From: Lama glama | Lineage: Eukaryota | Length of the DNA: 64,000 nucleotides | NCBI GenBank assembly: GCA_028534125.1 | Contig: CM052817.1 | Coordinates: forward strand, 79,858,001-79,922,000 | Direction: 5' to 3' | In this document: one piece after another, positions 60,871 to 64,000 of the stretch | Layout: each line of letters opens with the position of its first letter | How positions within the stretch are numbered: position 1 is the first letter of the stretch | Made by a program: the position numbers and the translations under genes | Notes under the pieces: model-generated | The model's database searches: none | What the model saw: only the letters and a program-made list of their open reading frames with translations | Told to the model about the DNA's origin: nothing

Positions 60871-62750
60871 CTTACAAATGCATTAGCATGATTAATAAAG
60901 AAAATTAGGACCAGTACCTCTGCTGGCTATAGAGTGGGCTACGATTAGAGATACACCAGGCCAGATACTCAAGGGTATAAGATACTTTGCCTTATGTAGG
61001 AAGATAAGGATTTTGGTGACTTTGTACTATCTGCTTCTAAAATTTTATTAGAAAATAACTGAAGTGAACACAAAACCCTAAAACCATTACTTTGCCATCT
61101 TGCTGCTTCGCTATATACTAGCCTGGCCAATTGTCAGTTCCTCAGAGTATCTTCGTGTATCAGAGTGATCTAGTCAAGTGGAAATATCCTCCATGACAAA
61201 TGAAGGCTCAGCCTTCCCTCAACTTCTTATCCTGGGGCTGGGTTTCCCTCTAGTACTATTCAGATACACATGTGCTACAAAAACTTCCACCCAGGAGGAA
61301 ACTGTTTAGTAAGTCAAGAACAGTTACTATAATCTCCCATTGACTGAAGATCATATTATAAATAAAAAACAAACATTTGCCACTGTGCTACACATTTTTA
61401 CAAGACAGACTGAATATCAGATGTCTTTACTAAAGATAAAACATGCAAATGAAACTATATCAAAATACTTATTTTTCTGAAGACCAAATCTTGCTATCAT
61501 TCTTCAAGACTCAGGGGAAAAAAGTGTTTCCAATAATATAGTGTGTATGTACACACATGCATACCCAGAATAAAAGACATGCAAAATTCAGAATTCTTCC
61601 CATCCTTTAGAAGATAGTCTAAGTCACACTTCTGACAGCTTTCAGTGTTAAAATGGCTTGAATGTCTCTGAGCTGTGTGGCTGCGTGTCACATTCCATCA
61701 TGATTGTTCCCACTAAATTCAACAGTGAATAGTAATGAGGAATTTTAAAGGAAAGAAGCAGCAGAGGGGGAAGGAAAGAAGAAGGAGGAAGAGAGGAAAG
61801 AACAGAGAGAGACAGAGATTCATTTCACATTGTTACCATAAACGAAAAGGAAGAGGCACTGTAGGTGGGGTTAGCCTTCCTGGGCCTGTGAACAGTGCCC
61901 CGGATACCAGCAGCTCTCTTCAGGCACCTCTCTTTCCCTCTGGTTCCCTGCTAGCTGGGCTGGAGCTCCGTGCTAGGAAGGCCCCAGCAAGGGGAGGGCA
62001 AAAAAGGTGTGAGGCAACCAGCTTTTCCATTTCCCGTCTTGGGCTCTGTTTTTCCACCTTGCAGTTTGCTCTGATTCAGAATGAGAAGGTGAGAACAAAC
62101 AGAGGGGGCTGACACCATTGGGCCATCTCTCCTCACTGTGACCAGATCACACAACAGCCACGCCTTGACACCAAGAATCCGGGGAACCAGGTCCCGGCCA
62201 TTCAAAACACCCTCATTTCAACTCCTGATTGGGTTTTGCTCCATGAATGTTGGACTTTCCCAAAGGGAAGAGTTTGGAGCAGTGGTTGAGCAAACTTCTG
62301 GGCAGCCGCAGAGGCCCTGGGTTCTGTCCTCACCAACACTGTCTGCACTTGCCCTGTCTCCCCGGTCCTATTAACCACTGCCGATGACACAGGCCTTGTG
62401 TTCCTTTTACTCATCAGCCCCCAAATCCATGGGGTTGTGATGGCTTAGCCGCCTTCCTTATTAAAAGAAGCCAATTGGCTCAGTGGCTGCAGAGGCAAAA
62501 TGAATCATGGTTAGAAATATTCGTCTCCCCCCTCCCATGGTAGGTATGATACCATCATTTAAACCATTTAAATACAGACAAATCAGTCCAATTTGTAAAG
62601 CCCTGAAGAGAAAAACTGAGTTTGAAACATTCCTTAAATATGCCAATGTTTAATAATAAACTTTGTGGTGCAGAAATCTCACATCACAGCCCAGTATATT
62701 AATTGACTTTCTTCTTTACACCAAGAGAAAAATATGTTTAAAGTTTAATT

Positions 62751-64000
62751 ACATGGAATAAAGACAGCCTCTTCAGTAAATGGTGTTGGGAAAACTGGAC
62801 AGCAGCATGTAAATCAATGAAGTTAGAATACTCCCTCACACCATATACAAAAATAATGGCTTAATGACTTAAATGTAAGACAAGACACTATAAATCTCCT
62901 AGAAGAAAACATAGGCAAAACAATATCTCACGTACATCTCAGCAGTGTTCTCCTAAGGCAGTCTACCCAAGCAATAGAAATAATAGCAAAAATAAACAAA
63001 TGGGATCTAATTAAACTTACAAGTTTTTGCACAGCAAAGGAAACCATAAGCAAAACAAAACGACAGCCTATGGAATGGGAGAAAATACTTGCAAAAGATG
63101 AAACTGGCAAGGGCTGGATTTCCAGAATATATAAACAGCTCATATGAGTTAATAAGAAAAAAACAAACAATCCAATCCAAAAATGGGCAGAAGACCTAAA
63201 CAAGCAATTCTCCAGTGAAGACATATGAGTGACCAATAGGCACATGAAAAAAAATTCTCAATATCACTATCAGAGAAATGCAAATCAAAACTACGATGAG
63301 GTATCACCTCACACCAGTCAGAATGGCCATCATTCAAAAGTCCACAAATGACGAATGCTGGAGAGGCTGTGGAGAAAAGGGAACCCTCCTACACTGCTGG
63401 TGGGAATGCAGTTTGGTGCAGCCACTGTGGAAAACAGTATGGAGATTCGTCAAAAGACTAAAAATAGACTTACCATATGACCCAGTAATCCCACTCCTGG
63501 GCATATATCCAGAGGGTACCTTAATTGAAAAAGACACCTGCACCCCAGTGTCCATAGCAGCGCTATTTACGATAGCCAAGACATGGAAACAACCTAAATG
63601 TCCACTGACAGATGACTGGATAAAGAAGTTGTGGTATATTTATACAATGGAATACTACTCAGCCATAAAAAACAATAAAATAATACCATTTGCAGCAACA
63701 TGGATAGCCCTCAACAATGTCATTCTAAGTGAAGTAAGCCAGAAAGATAAAGAAAAATACCATATGATATCACTCATATGTGGACTCTAAAAGAAAAAAA
63801 GACAAATGAACTTATATGTAAAACAGAAACAGACTCACAGACATAGAATACAGACTTGTGATTGCCAATGGGGAGGGGAGAGGGAAAGGATAAACTGGGA
63901 GTTTGGGATTTGCAGATACTGACTGGTATATACAAAATAGATAAGCAAGTTTATTCTGTATAGCACAGAGAAGTATATTCAGTATCTTGTAGTAGCTTAT
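62751..64000 (+). mobile_element. 5'-truncated L1: 3' part of ORF2 plus 3' UTR, running off the window
   Basis: ORF 63278-63790 is the L1 ORF2 C-terminus ([17 protein letters not shown]...[18 protein letters not shown]...MEYYSAIK...ILSEVSQ). The upstream part is disrupted by stops/indels, and an artiodactyl-type 3' UTR follows. Confidence 0.95.

Noticed and set aside
63278..63790. 170-aa ORF as a host gene
   Set aside because: It is the C-terminus of L1 ORF2 in a truncated, disrupted element.
1..64000. CRISPR array, operon or other prokaryote-style novel system
   Set aside because: The sequence is mammalian intronic/intergenic DNA with no repeat-spacer array. The remaining short ORFs show no recognisable homology or consistent exon structure.

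Overview
Mammalian genomic DNA, most likely from a camelid: it carries a vic-1-type tRNA-derived SINE and artiodactyl-type L1 ends, and I recognised no ruminant or pig SINEs. The only host protein-coding gene is a complete, intact interleukin-21 gene (IL21) on the minus strand. Its five coding exons are 11078-10911, 10802-10767, 5988-5833, 4009-3932 and 3839-3816 (462 nt, 153 aa), with all introns GT-AG and phase 0. A TATA-like promoter lies at ~11.15 kb and a probable long AU-rich 3' UTR runs to ~1.18 kb. The remaining ~53 kb upstream is gene-free; in human this interval is covered by the lncRNA IL21-AS1. It is filled with ancient and lineage-specific transposons (L1, L2, MIR, ERV1/ERVL/MaLR LTRs, hAT and Tigger MITEs), several T-cell-type transcription-factor motif clusters, a candidate CTCF site and a 500-N assembly gap. 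The most unexpected element is a 5'-truncated HAUS2 retrocopy in IL21 intron 2, in IL21-sense orientation, whose poly(A) tail begins inside the HAUS2 coding sequence 17 nt after an AATAAA. I see no evidence of a new multi-gene system. Repeat family names and cross-species comparisons come from recalled consensus and protein sequences, not database searches, and the boundaries of old repeats are approximate.
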